This document shows, piece after piece, positions 38,490 through 53,026 of a stretch of DNA of 64,000 bases. How positions within the stretch are numbered: position 1 is the first letter of the stretch; every line of letters begins with the position of its first letter. The notes beneath the pieces were generated by a model. It saw only the letters and a program-made list of their open reading frames with translations, had not been told where the DNA came from and ran no database searches. The translations under genes were made by a program, and so were the position numbers. Source of the stretch: Octopus vulgaris (lineage: Eukaryota); assembly GCA_951406725.2 (NCBI GenBank), contig OX597815.1, forward strand, positions 45,880,001-45,944,000, given 5' to 3'.

Positions 38490-39507
38490 CTTGCACAAGG
38501 CTACCAATTTCGGGGAGGTGCTAAGACAGTCTAATCGACCCCAGTGCTTAACTGGTACTTATTTTATCGAACTCCGGAACGATGAAGGACAAAATCGACC
38601 TCGGCAGAGTTTGAACTCAGAACGTGCAGGCGAACGAAATGCCGCCAAGCATTTTGCCCAGCGTTGCTAACGATTCCGCCAGCTCACCGCCTCACAACTG
38701 TAATTATTGCAATTTAGTTAATTTCGACTAATGAATTAGTTGGAACGAAATATAGATTTGAAAGATCAAAAGGAAATATAGCAGAATATCTGCCATTTTT
38801 GTATAAACCAGTGACAGACACTCCTACGTTAAATCCAAATTGTTCAGCGCATGATTTTCTGAATAACTTGTCATTTTCTATTTACATAGAACTAGAGATG
38901 TGCTTTATACAGGAAAACAAAATCGGTTAAATATTAAATAAATTGAGTGTGTTAGTCAAAGAAATGAGGACATTTTCAATATTGACTCGGTTGAAGGACA
39001 ATTGATTTGTTATGAAGAGTAAATAACCTAGAATATTTATAAAAATACTGTCTTTGTATTTCTTGTACTGTTCGTTAATTTTCAGATACCTATTTCTTTA
39101 CTACCCACAAGGGGATAAACATAGAGTGGACAAACAAGGACAGGCAAAGAGATGAAGTCGATTACATCGACCCCAGTGCGTAACTAGTTCTTAATTTATC
39201 GACTCCGAAAGGATGAAAGGCAAAGTCGACTTCGGCGGAATTTGAACTCAGAACGTAATGGCAGACGAAATACCTATTTCTTTACTACCCACAAGGGGCT
39301 AAACACAGAGAGGACAAACAAGGACAGACAAACGGATGAAGTCGATTACATCGACCCCAGTGCATAACTGGTACTTATTTAATCGACCGCGAAAGGATGA
39401 AAGGCAAAGTCGACCTCGGCGGAATTTGAACTCAGAACGTAGCGGCAGACGAAATACCGTTCAGCATTTCGCCCGGCGTGCTAACGTTTCTGCCAGCGTG
39501 CCGCCTT
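38490..39507 (-). mobile_element. SINE family B copies (single at 38490-38692, tandem dimer at 39085-39507)
   Basis: Reverse-complement family B bodies, duplicated at ~47210-47410 and ~47805-48225. Confidence 0.85.
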
Positions 39508-39536
39508 ATAAATCCACTACAACTAAATCCGTCAAC

Positions 39537-39636
39537 NNNNNNNNNNNNNNNNNNNNNNNNNNNNNNNNNNNNNNNNNNNNNNNNNNNNNNNNNNNNNNNN
39601 NNNNNNNNNNNNNNNNNNNNNNNNNNNNNNNNNNNN
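39537..39636. other. Assembly gap (100 N)
   Basis: Exactly 100 Ns, the conventional unknown-size scaffold gap. Confidence 0.99.
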
Positions 39637-40646
39637 AAATCTTTATTTTCTGACAATCATTAAATTAATTAAACTTAAGGCTTTCCTCAGTGTACTTTTT
39701 ATTATATAAATTACTTGGATCTTTTAGAAAGAAGGTCAGATACTTTAGTATAGCAAAACGATTCTACACAAAAGTAATTTTTAATAATGTTACGTAAAGA
39801 ACTAAGCTGTTGGCCTGCTTTGAAATGTTTTTAAATGATTTCTATGTGTAAATATATTATTTTCAATGACCTAGGAGTTCGCACTTAAAAAAGAAAACTA
39901 CGGATCAGCATTTACAATAGTCATATCAAGTACCAAGGCCAAAATGCTTATCCTGGTTGCAACGCTCAAGGTTTTCCATCCTTCAAACAAAGACATTTGT
40001 TCAATGTTCACATTGTCTTAAAATATGCAGCCATGTCATTCTTTTCACTCCCTCTTTCTTTGTATTTTCCGAAGGATTTTCTATTTGCTTTCGTTAAATC
40101 ATACCGAAATATTCGTGTAGGTACCACCACCAACCAGCTAACCAACCGCGACTGCATATGAATATATTTGCACGCAGACGACAATGCGTATTTGTTGAAT
40201 ATTTCTTGTGTAAGCGATGTATAAGAATTCTCAAAAATGAAACATGAAAGAAATCTCAAATCGAAATCAAATGAAAACATTTCATATTGACCTTGAAGTA
40301 TTAATATTACAAACGAATATTTCTGCTTATGGATTATACAGAAACGATATACAGATATTCATCTCCCTCTGGTTACGTGTAAAGAATGACCTCTAATTTT
40401 GGGATACGATCTTAAATTTTACTCTTACGGAAACTTCGATAAATTTTACGAATTTAAAAACTACACTGTCTTCTTAGCCAACAGGTCGCTTGTTGGCATT
40501 TTGACGATCAACACACAGTCAACAATTCGAAAACAAACTATTATCACGATACATACACACACACGCACATAAACACACACACATAAACACACACGCACAT
40601 AAACACACACATATACACTTTATTTTCTTGAGTTACAATTGTTATG

Positions 40647-40695
<49 letters not shown>

Positions 40696-40711
40696 GTCTG
40701 TCTGTCTGTCG

Positions 40712-40794
<83 letters not shown>

Positions 40795-41710
40795 GGGAGT
40801 ATATCAACCACTACCATTGTCTACCATTAACAACATTACAATAAGCATGAGCATCAAACGAATTCAACCATTATCAGCCCAGTAACTCCTTAATAACCAC
40901 CAACAACAGCAACAATAGTATGTACATTATAAGCAACTCCATCTGAAATTAAAAGCAACTGCATGAAATAAGGTGGTCCACTAGTGTACTTTCAAACGCT
41001 AAATGAAATATCTTAGATTTTGGGTCGTTGAAGATTAACTTGAAATTAAACAGCAGCAGCAGCATGGATAATGTGTCCATTGGCACCAACAAGAATACTC
41101 TCAACCTCACCTTCACCATCATGACTAACACGAAAGCCAATACATACACCACTACCGCCGCAGCCGCTGCCACCACCACCACCACCACCACCACCATCTC
41201 AGTGCTATGAGAGAGTCATCGCGTACCAGCGAACAAGAGAAACACATACTTTGAGTATGCGCGGTTGATAATGTTTACAACACTAGCGCTGCGTTTAATT
41301 CTTAATTGATTATATATATATAAGAGATGCACACAACAGTGATATGCAGATATTGAGAAAGAGAGAAAGAAAGAAAGAGAGAAATAAAAATGAAAGACTA
41401 ATTAAAATATTGGTGTTATGGAATATGAATTTAGATCTGCTGTTTAAATTACCAAGCAGAATAAATTGAAAACAGCTAAAACTATAATTTGAGAATGATA
41501 GATATGTTTATGGATTTTGTTTTCATAAAATGTCTTTGTAAGATAAAGTTTGGGTTTATTAGCTGAAACAATAATAACAGCACCGTATTTCGCGTTTAAT
41601 GAAATAGTAAGATCTATTAACATTTTCTCAATCATTATCATCATCATCTATCGACTACAACTTCTACTTTCGTCGCTTACAATGGCTTCCTTAATTAATG
41701 TTCTAATAAG

Positions 41711-41913
41711 ATTTTCCGGCTGGATTCCCAAGCGTAACCAAATGAGGCTATTGATATTATCCAACCATTTCGCTCTTGGTTTACCCCTAGGCCTCCTACT
41801 GGTTGGCTCGTCTTGAATCTGTTTTTGCGATTCTTTCCTGTGACATTCTAATCACATATCCGTAGTGCCAGTGTAGTAGCCGCTCCCCGCTCTCCGGTTA
41901 CTCACTTCTTGAG
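41711..41913 (+). other. Templated insertion copied from 44216-44418
   Basis: Absent from copy 1 (33071 ataaggcagcaagctggcag). Matches the RTE segment 2.5 kb downstream; junction microhomologies ataag and ag. Confidence 0.9.
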
Positions 41914-44129
41914 CTGGCAGAAACGTTAATACGTCAGATGTTCAAATTCCACCGAGGTCGACTTTACCTTTCTTCTCTTTTGGGGTCATAAATTAAGTAC
42001 TAGTTGAGCACTGGGGTCGATGTAATCAACTAACCCCGTTTTCCACTAAGTTTTAGGCTTTGTGCTAACAGTAGAAAATGAGAATTACTAGTGTGCTAAG
42101 TTCATCGACAGTTACAGTACAACTGTCATCCATTGGAGTCTTGGTAGTTGTTAAGAAATGACATCCATAGCTTCTCCTCCCATGAGGAAGTTTCCATGCG
42201 ATGACTTGATTCGTGGACATTTGGTGTTCCACTAGGTCATTTTTTTCTAAAGTAATCAACTTTTCGTCCAGATTCTATCTCACTGAAATCGATATTTTCT
42301 TTATTATTTTATATTTGAACATTTCACGTACACCTGAATATATTTAAGTCGACATTAACAATGAATAAATGGAAGAATTACAGACTAAAAGGAGATTTGG
42401 AGAAATTTGTAAAAAAAAAATTAGAAACTGAGTAATTGTTAATAAACCAGAATAATCTTTATGAAACCGTTGAAAGAGATAGGTTCTTGCTGAGTTGAAG
42501 CTGCAATGTGATTTCGAGTCGTCTTTGAAGCAATTTCCTTTTACGTCATTTCGCTTTATATATATTGTGATAGTAGAATTGTGAGAGAAATAGATGACTC
42601 ACATTCCTTATTTATACTGTTTAACATAGGTACATTTTGATGGGTAGGTGTGTATTGGTTAGCGTTTGACAGCTCTTTCCGTAAATCAGGTTGAGGGTGA
42701 TTTGTAAAGCAAAGTAAATTTCCGAGAGAATTAGGATTTGTCCTATTAACAAATCAGATGACGTTTAAAGTGAATGAAGAATGACGCATGCCATCAATAA
42801 CTTTACTTCCCATCTGTAGAAATTCAATATCGTCACTATCACGAGATAGAAGCAAAATCGATTTTTGAGCTGGCAGGATCGTTAAAGCGTCGGGAAAAAT
42901 ACTTTGCATTATATCTTCCAGTTTTTATGTTCTGAGTTCCAATCCTGCCGAAGTCAACGTTGCCTCCCATTTTTCTGAGGTCGATAAACAAAGTATCAAT
43001 CAAGTACTTGGGTCATTGGAATCAACTAACCTTCTCGCCTAGAAATGCCTGTGCTTGTATCTGAAGTCAAGTTGGGCGAAATTTTTCGAGAAAGGGCCGC
43101 ATAAAACATGGCTCTTCACCAGGCGGACCGCACTGCTAAAAATTTGAAGATAATTTTTTGTTAGGCGTACCAACCAGAAATTCCAGCGGGCCTTAGTTTG
43201 CTCATGACTGTTCTATATTATAAATATAAGAATTCAAGACGTCGCCTTACCCAACTTTCTTCTCTTTATTCCTTAAGAATTACTTTTGTTGTCTTCTCTT
43301 TTAAGACTTTCTATTCTAGTAGTTTCTTTCTCGAACATTTATTTTACGGAACTCCCTTCCTTTATGATTTTGGTGTAATTCTTATTAAATCTCGTATTGA
43401 CTGTTTTTATCGTTTTAGGGTAGGTTTTTATTAGATTTTCAGAGGTGTGCATGCATCTGAGACCATGTGTCGAAACTAAAACAATTACAGCGTCGAAGAC
43501 ACATATTAGTCATTCAAAAACATACAAAGAATATCAACTCCACTTAAACATTTATTATTATATGGTAACAAAATTTTCGTCGTACCAATTGCGAATTTGT
43601 CACTTAGTTTTGTTAATGACCAGTTTGCACGACGAAAATGTTGACACCAAATTAATAATAAATGTTCAAGTGAAGTTAAAAGTCTTTGTATGCTTTTGAA
43701 TGGCTAATATGCGTCTTCCACACTGCAATCGTTTCTACTAGATATTTTTTCTTGTGCTTTTGTAACCCCAGCAAATACTAAGTAAGCGCTTGAACCCTAT
43801 TTTATTGCTAGTTACTTGCGACTTTTAGTATAAAAAATCAAAACAAAAAAGACAAACAAAACTAAACAGATGGATGTGCTGACCGTCCATTGTCGGACGC
43901 TCTTGGTGACATTGTTTAAATAAGTAGTAGAAAGATACTTCGTATGAAACATTCTACTGTATTAATATTTATCATGTAAGGCATAAAATAGGATGCTAAC
44001 TTAGTTATATCTTAACTAAAGCCTATACTACATATTAAAACACCACAGAAATTTTGTATCAGAAATTCAACTTACTTCCCATTATTTAGCTAATTCAGTT
44101 ATTATTTCATATTTGTGTATATATAATAT

Positions 44130-44620
44130 TCCATCCAGCCATCTTCTCCGGCCACTATTCCTGGGAGAATCAAGCTCCTCCTCTATAAGGTCCTATCAAA
44201 AACAACCGTCATAAGATTTTCCGGCTGGATTCCCAAGCGTAACCAAATGAGGCTATTGATATTATCCAACCATTTCGCTCTTGGTTTACCCCTAGGCCTC
44301 CTACTGGTTGGCTCGTCTTGAATCTGTTTTTGCGATTCTTTCCTGTGACATTCTAATCACATATCCGTAGTGCCAGTGTAGTAGCCGCTCCCCGCTCTCC
44401 GGTTACTCACTTCTTGAGTAACGTTATTCTGGTGATCCTTCAGAGGAAGCCCATTTCGGCAACTTGTATTCACGATCGTACTCTTTCGGCCATTGCCCAA
44501 CATTCATATCATAGGTGAGGGTAGGCACGAAAACCGAACTGAAGATAGCAAGTTTGGCTTTTTTACCAATCTCTCTTCTTAGGATCGAATGTTGGGGCTG
44601 GCGCATTTCTGTGCTAGCAT
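44130..44620 (-). mobile_element. RTE (Rex3/Expander-like) LINE 3' fragment, duplicate copy
   Basis: ORF 44424-44606 KKAKLAIFSSVFVPTLTY; homologous to 35300-35790. Confidence 0.8.
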
Positions 44621-45524
44621 CTGTAATTGTATCACAAGTTTAGATTAGATCGATCTGGAAGTAAAGTTAAATGAGATATAAGTGAACTGTGAGGTACATC
44701 AGATTTGATGGAATGATGGGATCGGCAAGAGTGCGATAAAGATGCTTGACTGATTTTCAATCTAAAATATAGCTAGTGGATTCATTGACGGGCAACTTAA
44801 AGAAGATGATGGCTTCAAAAGAAGCAAACAAAAGTCGGCAACACTCCTGCAAGAAAATTTATACGGTGATATAATGATACATATTCATTTATTATTTAAT
44901 GAGACACAATTTTTTCTAGTCCCACCTCTAAATGGTAAGTGTGGTTGTTTAGCATTAAATCGGCCCTGTTTGAGCAGACTCATGATCGATAGCAATCCAA
45001 CTGTAATCAACCCTTCTTTTCATTTCGGACATGGTATACCACCAGCTACATTCTATAACACTTCTATTTTTAAGACGGTAAGGGCGATATGATTTGAGGA
45101 AAATTTGGTTGCTATTTGTAGCAGGTATAGGACCACATAGAAGCTTGCTTGTTTCTCGTATTAAGGACAGTATTGAAATGAAGAGCCATTGCTTGTGTTT
45201 AAAGAAGTTGAATTTATATAAATTGATGTTGTTTTGAACAATAAACAAAATAACCATTAAGAAGGTCAAGATAATTGTTATTAATTATAAAGGAGAGATA
45301 AGGCTGAGAGGTGGCAGAATATACATATATATATATATATATATATTATAATAGTTAGAGTTCAGCAAAGATTTGCTTTACCACATACCGAAGTTTAAAA
45401 ATAGCAGCCAAAAAACGTTAGCTATTTCTTCTACTTTAAAAAGGGACTCCCAGAAAAATCAAAATACTTGACAACAATCCACACAGGCAGAGAGGAAAAA
45501 AGTAACAAAAATCAATCAATATCT

Positions 45525-45615
45525 GGTCACCTATGGACGCGCGTTTCGGAATTAGATTGGAATAAAGAATATAGAATTATACTTTACCAACCGTTTTCCT
45601 CTTCAGCATAGGACC
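45525..45615 (-). ncRNA. Type I hammerhead ribozyme, duplicate copy
   Basis: Same sequence by eye as 36867-36957. Confidence 0.9.
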
Positions 45616-45858
45616 CTATCAATAATTAAATATTGAAATATTAAATTCGAAGGTACTGGAATAATAGAACATATCTCTCCACCTAACGGTATCAGACAGA
45701 TAATATTCAGTGTTAGTACCGCCAAATTCAAAACATGAATGAGGTTCAATTACCTTCCCCTGCCTCTCCTCGTGTGTCTTCAAGTAAACTACTATAGAAA
45801 AAAATCTGTAGTTTGTTATCAGGGAGAAAATTCTATTATTAATTAATTTTACCTTTGT

Positions 45859-46016
<158 letters not shown>

Positions 46017-46185
46017 CGCAGGAGTGGCTGTGTGGTAAGTAGCTTGCTTACCAGCCACATGGTTCCGGGTTCAGTCCCAATGCGTGGCACCTTAGGCAAG
46101 TGTCTTCTACTATAGCCTCGGGTCGACCAAAGCCTTGTGAGTGGATTTGGTAGACGGAAACTGAAAGAAGCCCGTCGTATATATG

Positions 46186-46246
<61 letters not shown>

Positions 46247-46447
46247 CGGTGTTGTCCCCAACATCGCTTGATAACCGATGCTTGTGTGTTTACGTCTCCG
46301 TAACTTAGCGGTTCGTCAAAAAAGAAAACAATACAATAAGTACTAGACTTACAAAGACATATGTCCTGGGGCCGATTTTTTCGACTAAAGGCGGTGCTCC
46401 AGCATGGCCGCAGTCAAATGACTGAAACAAGTAAAAGAGTAAAAAGA

Positions 46448-46489
<42 letters not shown>

Positions 46490-46833
46490 TATATATATAT
46501 ATACCACACACTTGGTAGCTTCATTCAACATATTGAAAATAGGATTACTGTAACATATTGGTCAGGTAAATATGTCAACTACAGTAATCGAAAATCTCCA
46601 GTTTGTATATTGTCTTAATTTATTTTGCTCTCCACAACGCCTGGAACAGTCATGGACAAACTGTAGCCCGTGGGACGTTTTCCTTTTCTCAGTAGTGTGG
46701 ATCTGCCTGATGATGTGCCATGTGGCCCGCTTCCGAAAAAGGATAATCACGCCTGGTTTAGAACGTCCCCTGTTTTACTTAGCTGATAGCTGTAAAAAAT
46801 GTGTCTACGTGTATGTGTGTGTGTGTGTGAGAG

Positions 46834-46914
<81 letters not shown>

Positions 46915-48844
46915 CAGTAATAGAATGTCGCAACTACTAAAAAATGTACGTTAGTTTGATGGTTTACAGTATTGATTTAAGATTCACAGTAGTTTTTTTA
47001 TGTTGATGTGGATGTTACTGTAAACTGAAAACATATGTCGGTATGACGGTGATCCCAAAACAAACTGAATTCATGGGACTTTATCTAGGTTTCGACTACT
47101 TTCCAAAATTTACAAGTGCTACTCTGTTTACCTGTAACAATATCGATTAATTTAACATTGACTTCTTTATAACTAAACTCCACAGCTGTAATTATTGGCT
47201 TAAAAGTCTTGCACAAGGCTACCAATTTCGGGGAGGTGCTAAGACAGTCTAATCGACCCCAGTGCTTAACTGGTACTTATTTTATCGAACTCCGGAACGA
47301 TGAAGGACAAAATCGACCTCGGCAGAGTTTGAACTCAGAACGTGCAGGCGAACGAAATGCCGCCAAGCATTTTGCCCAGCGTTGCTAACGATTCCGCCAG
47401 CTCACCGCCTCACAACTGTAATTATTGCAATTTAGTTAATTTCGACTAATGAATTAGTTGGAACGAAATATAGATTTGAAAGATCAAAAGGAAATATAGC
47501 AGAATATCTGCCATTTTTGTATAAACCAGTGACAGACACTCCTACGTTAAATCCAAATTGTTCAGCGCATGATTTTCTGAATAACTTGTCATTTTCTATT
47601 TACATAGAACTAGAGATGTGCTTTATACAGGAAAACAAAATCGGTTAAATATTAAATAAATTGAGTGTGTTAGTCAAAGAAATGAGGACATTTTCAATAT
47701 TGACTCGGTTGAAGGACAATTGATTTGTTATGAAGAGTAAATAACCTAGAATATTTATAAAAATACTGTCTTTGTATTTCTTGTACTGTTCGTTAATTTT
47801 CAGATACCTATTTCTTTACTACCCACAAGGGGATAAACATAGAGTGGACAAACAAGGACAGGCAAAGAGATGAAGTCGATTACATCGACCCCAGTGCGTA
47901 ACTAGTTCTTAATTTATCGACTCCGAAAGGATGAAAGGCAAAGTCGACTTCGGCGGAATTTGAACTCAGAACGTAATGGCAGACGAAATACCTATTTCTT
48001 TACTACCCACAAGGGGCTAAACACAGAGAGGACAAACAAGGACAGACAAACGGATGAAGTCGATTACATCGACCCCAGTGCATAACTGGTACTTATTTAA
48101 TCGACCGCGAAAGGATGAAAGGCAAAGTCGACCTCGGCGGAATTTGAACTCAGAACGTAGCGGCAGACGAAATACCGTTCAGCATTTCGCCCGGCGTGCT
48201 AACGTTTCTGCCAGCGTGCCGCCTTATAAATCCACTACAACTAAATCCGTCAACTAAATCCACTCACAAGGCTTTGGTTGGCCCTAGGCTATAGTTGAAG
48301 ACATTTACCCATGGCGCTACGCAGAGGAACTGAACCCGAAACTATGTGGTCGAGAAGCAGATTTACCACAGCCAAGAGCCTCTATGTAGTAAGACAGGAA
48401 ATACATAATCGGATGTTCGACGGAATCGGTAATCGCTTTTATTGATGGCAGAATAAAGAAGATGCTGATAATTTCTTTATAATATTGACTGACACTTTCA
48501 AAAAATTAAAAACGAAATGGAAGAAATCACTTCAGTTTACACATATGAATGACGACTATTTCCATGATAATATAAAATTTAACAAGGAATAATACTAAGG
48601 CTTGCTTCTCGACCATGTAGTGTTGGATTTAGTCCCACTGCGTGGCATCTTGGGCTAGGGTCTTCTGCAATAGTCCTGAGCTGATTAAAGCTTAGTGAGT
48701 GAATTTGGTAGAGGGAAACTGAAAGGAATCCGTCGTGCATGTATGTGATCGTCGGTTATCTAAAGCCTGAAAGAGGCAGGCCTGCAAAACAATAAATCGC
48801 ATGGTACCAAATCAAACTGTTTTGAATAACACACTCACACGCAT

Positions 48845-48932
<88 letters not shown>

Positions 48933-49379
48933 GCGCATGCACAACACACGCATGCACAACACACGCATGAACAACATACGCATTCACACACGCATGCACA
49001 AACACAGATATACACACACACACATCAACATTATCTTTACCACTCGTGAGGTCTCCTTTCGCTAACCTGATTTTAACCTTATCTTTTCGCCTTCTCTCTT
49101 CTCTCTATTTCTTCTAGTCTACATTTCACCCTCTCTTCTTATGTGCTAGAAGTTAACCTTCCTCCTTTTTCTTTCGTCCTTGAATTCGTTCTGCTTCCCT
49201 TCTTCCATTAATCTTTTATTTTTGCTAACACTACTATAAGAACCGCATTTGCCAACCTTCTCTTGATGTGGAGAGCCAGGCTTAAACTTATTGTAATATC
49301 TTCATGTGACTGGTTACCGATTATGTGGCGATGACTTTGTACATTTCATCTACAAATTATGATTACTATGATTATTAAG

Positions 49380-49413
49380 TAACTCCGAGGTTCCTGAAAC
49401 AGCTGTCGAGTTA
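49380..49413 (+). ncRNA. Degenerate hammerhead remnant (core deletion)
   Basis: taactc-CGA-GG-tt-CCT-GAAAC-AGCT-GTC-gagtta: perfect stem I, GAAAC, palindromic loop and GUC, but CUGANGA is reduced to CGA. Confidence 0.5.
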
Positions 49414-49854
49414 TGAAATTATATACTTTTTCGAATTCTGTATTTTTTGTGCCCCTATGTAAATATATTTACATCAAGCCTAACTGTGTCTATCTCCATT
49501 ATTACCTCGATATGCGTGCGAGCGCGTGTGCGTGCCTTTGTGTTTGTGTTATGTTTGTTACTCTACACCGTTGGACAACCGGTGTTAGCTTGTTTACCTT
49601 TCCGTTATCTAGCGTTTCGGCAAAAGAGAACGACAGAATACCAGGTTCAGAGATTTCGTTCAAGAGAAAGATGTTTGCTTGACAACGGTATTCAATTTTT
49701 GATATTTAAATCAATCATTAATTATTTGGAAGCTACAGGTGGGGAGCGTTTGGAGTATAGGATAATAAGCCAATGTGTTAGCGGTTCATGATGAAGTGAT
49801 TTAGCTCCTCTCAACAGCCCAAAACATTCACCAAACTGAAAGTAACTATTGGTG

Positions 49855-49903
<49 letters not shown>

Positions 49904-50040
49904 GCCAATCAATCAATCAATCAATCAATCAAGCTGTCTATGAGTTTCTCAACTTTTTTGTCCCACATTCTATTTCTATCTCCACCTCAAAAAAGAAAAA
50001 AGGAAAAAAGGTTTTTCCCACCATGAACTGACTTCCTTGG

Positions 50041-50091
<51 letters not shown>

Positions 50092-50094
50092 GAG

Positions 50095-50139
<45 letters not shown>

Positions 50140-50369
50140 GAGAGAGAGAGAGAGAGGGAGGAGACAGATACACTTACACACACTTCTGAAAAGCCAACGA
50201 GGAATACGAACCAACGAAGACGAGTCACAGTGAGAACTTTGATAAATAAATCCTCAAATCTCACTCCACACACTCGAAAACAGAAATGACATAGTAGATA
50301 ATATAATTCTCTCAAAAGCTTTCAAAATTGTTGTTGAAACGCTATTGATCATAGGTCTAGTCAATTAGT

Positions 50370-50715
50370 GAAGGCACATGGCTCAGTGGTTAGAGCGTCA
50401 GGTTTACAATTGTGAAGTAGTGAGTTTGATTCCTGGACTGGCCAGTGTGTTATGTTCTTGAGCAAGACACTTTATTTCACGTTTCTCCAGTTCACTCAGC
50501 TGTAGAAAAGAGTTGCAACGTCACTGGTGTCAAGCTGTATTGGCCTTTGCTTTTCCCTCGGATAAAATCGGTGGCGTGGAGAGGGGAGACTGGTATGCAT
50601 GAGCGACTACTGGTCTTCCATAAACAACTTCACCCAGATTTGTGCCTCGGAGGGGAACTTTGTAGGTGCAATCCAATGTTCATGGTCATTCGTGACCGAA
50701 GTGGGTCTTTACCCT
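50370..50715 (+). mobile_element. tRNA-derived SINE (family D-related head)
   Basis: gaaggcacatggctcagtggttagagcg...gagtttgattcc and CORE-like ttgagcaagacacttt. Related copies at ~56797-57022 and ~62298-62410. Confidence 0.75.
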
Positions 50716-51479
50716 GCTCAATCAACAGCCACTAAGAGCAACAACGTCATAATGAAATTAGGGCTTTAACAGATCTGTGATCAATAGCGCTCCAGCCGCA
50801 ACCGTTCCATTTTCCCATATATATAGGGAATAGAGGATTACATTATCCAATGTATAATTTTCGAAAATGTGCGAATAATTTTGGTGTTCCTCAAAACGTT
50901 TAGAAAGAACAAGTATGGGCAACCTTCTTCGAGAAGTGGGCCGCATGAGACATGGCTTATCGTCAAGCAGACAGCACTACTAAACATATTCAAGGTGAAT
51001 CTTCGTTAGCGTGCTATTTGGCAAATCCTGCGGGTCGAATGCGGTTTGTTGGTTGCAGTTTTCCTATGAATGAGCTGGAATGTCTTGATTACATGTTTGG
51101 GGAAAAAATTTAACTGAAACATTGGTTTGCTTTGGTGATGATGCAACAAAAATTTTGGTGACGAAGAAAAAGGATGATGATGACGGCGATGATGACAGAG
51201 ATATAATAACGACAAAATCAACAACAAAAACAATAAAAATATGCGGTAAGACGACAGAGAAATAAAACGGAGAAAAAATTTAATAAAAATTAATAAAACA
51301 AACACATTAGGGTTTTGATGACCCCCCCCCACTCCTTACCCTTGTGCTACGTGCCAGCATTGTTTATGGAAGGCCGCTAACTACTTAATACATTAATGAA
51401 ATTATCATCAACTTTCTCGGAGACGTCGTTAAAATTCGTGAAAATAAACAGAAAACAGGTTAATATTTGAATAGCACAG

Positions 51480-51582
<103 letters not shown>

Positions 51583-52011
51583 AATGGTACGGAGACAAGG
51601 GAGTCATTGTTTGCCAGCATTCAATTCCGCAAGGTAAAATTCAACAGAGAGAGTTAAAGAAAGTTTCATTGCAGTAAACTATCCTTTACTGATTTTTCTC
51701 TCTTCGGTGAAATCTATTTCTTTTATTCACCTTGCTGTGACGATAGACAAAACAACTAAGAGACATCTAAGAGGTCGGTCGCCTTGTAAGAAATAAATTA
51801 CACTTTTTACTCTCTTATAAAAGGAAAGTCACAACTGGAATGCCTTGATCCTAGGCCTGGCCAATACTTACATACATACATACATACATACATTCATACA
51901 TTCATACATACATACATACATACATACATACATACATACATACATACATACATACATACATACATACATACACACACGCACACATGTATTTACGTGCCTT
52001 GTAGAAGTATA

Positions 52012-52995
52012 CAGGAGCATTGTAGAAGTTTTGAGACTCTTTTTTAGGAGAGGCATTTAAAACTCCCAAATTATTGTAATTTTAGTATATCCTTACTATA
52101 CATCTGTGGAGGTACATGGCTTAGTGGTTAGATCAGCGGAATCGCGGTCGAGGGATCGCGGGTTCGAATCTCAGACCAGGCGATGTGTGTGTTTATGAGC
52201 GAAACACCTAAGCTCCACGCGGCTCCGGCAGAAGGTTATGGCGAACTTCTGCTGACCCTTTCGCTACAACTTTCTCTCACTCTTTCCTCCTGCAACTAGC
52301 AGCTCACCTGAGGCGGACCGGCGTCCCGTCCAGGTGGGGACCTATACGCCAATAAAACCGGGAAACCGGCCCTTATGAGCCAGGCATGGCTTGGGAAAGA
52401 ACAAACAACAACAACAACAACAACATTACTATACATCTAATAAGCTGACCTGCCAACTTTTGTTATTCCAGACTGAAGGAAACGGCTGTAACAGCACTTT
52501 GAAGACATTCTGCTTAACAATGCTTGTCACAGTAGACTAGTCTGCAGAATGTAGTTGGGACGTGAAGACAATTTGGAAGATAGCTATGCAATAAAATATT
52601 GTGTTAAACTAGGGGAAAACGCTATAGAAAATTATGAACTGCTCCATACTGCTTGTGGACTAACTTCTATGAGCCAGACATCTGCTTTTGCAGGCACAAG
52701 TGTCTCAAGCAATGCAAGTCCACCGGGAAGCTCATGATGATCTTTTTCGACAGCAAAGGTATCATCTACATCCTTTGGATTCCCTCAAGCCAGACGGTCG
52801 ACAAAGAACACTTTGTGGTCATTGATTCCTTCACTTTGGAAGACTTCCGTGGGGGCCTTTACGAAGTGGCTGTAGTGCTACACGTGTATTAGTGCATTGA
52901 AATCAGAGATTCCTACTTTGGAGAAGTTTTGAGTTTTGTACTTCTTCGAAATTAAGAAATGCCTCTCCTGAAAGAGTCTCAAAACTTCTGGAATA

Positions 52996-53002
<7 letters not shown>
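52012..53002 (+). mobile_element. Internally deleted mariner-family DNA transposon
   Basis: TIRs agaagttttgagactct..aggagaggcattt and its reverse complement at ~52955-52989. Transposase remnants AIKYCVKLGENA.E.YELL..ACG...MS, KSTGKLMMIFFDSKGII...WIP..QTVDK and CIEI.DSYF. Confidence 0.85.
52106..52425 (+). mobile_element. tRNA-derived SINE, family E-like, nested in the mariner
   Basis: Box A TGGCTTAGTGG, box B GGTTCGAATC, (CAA)n tail, perfect 13-bp TSD ttactatacatct (52093-52105 and 52426-52438). Confidence 0.92.
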
Positions 53003-53026
<24 letters not shown>

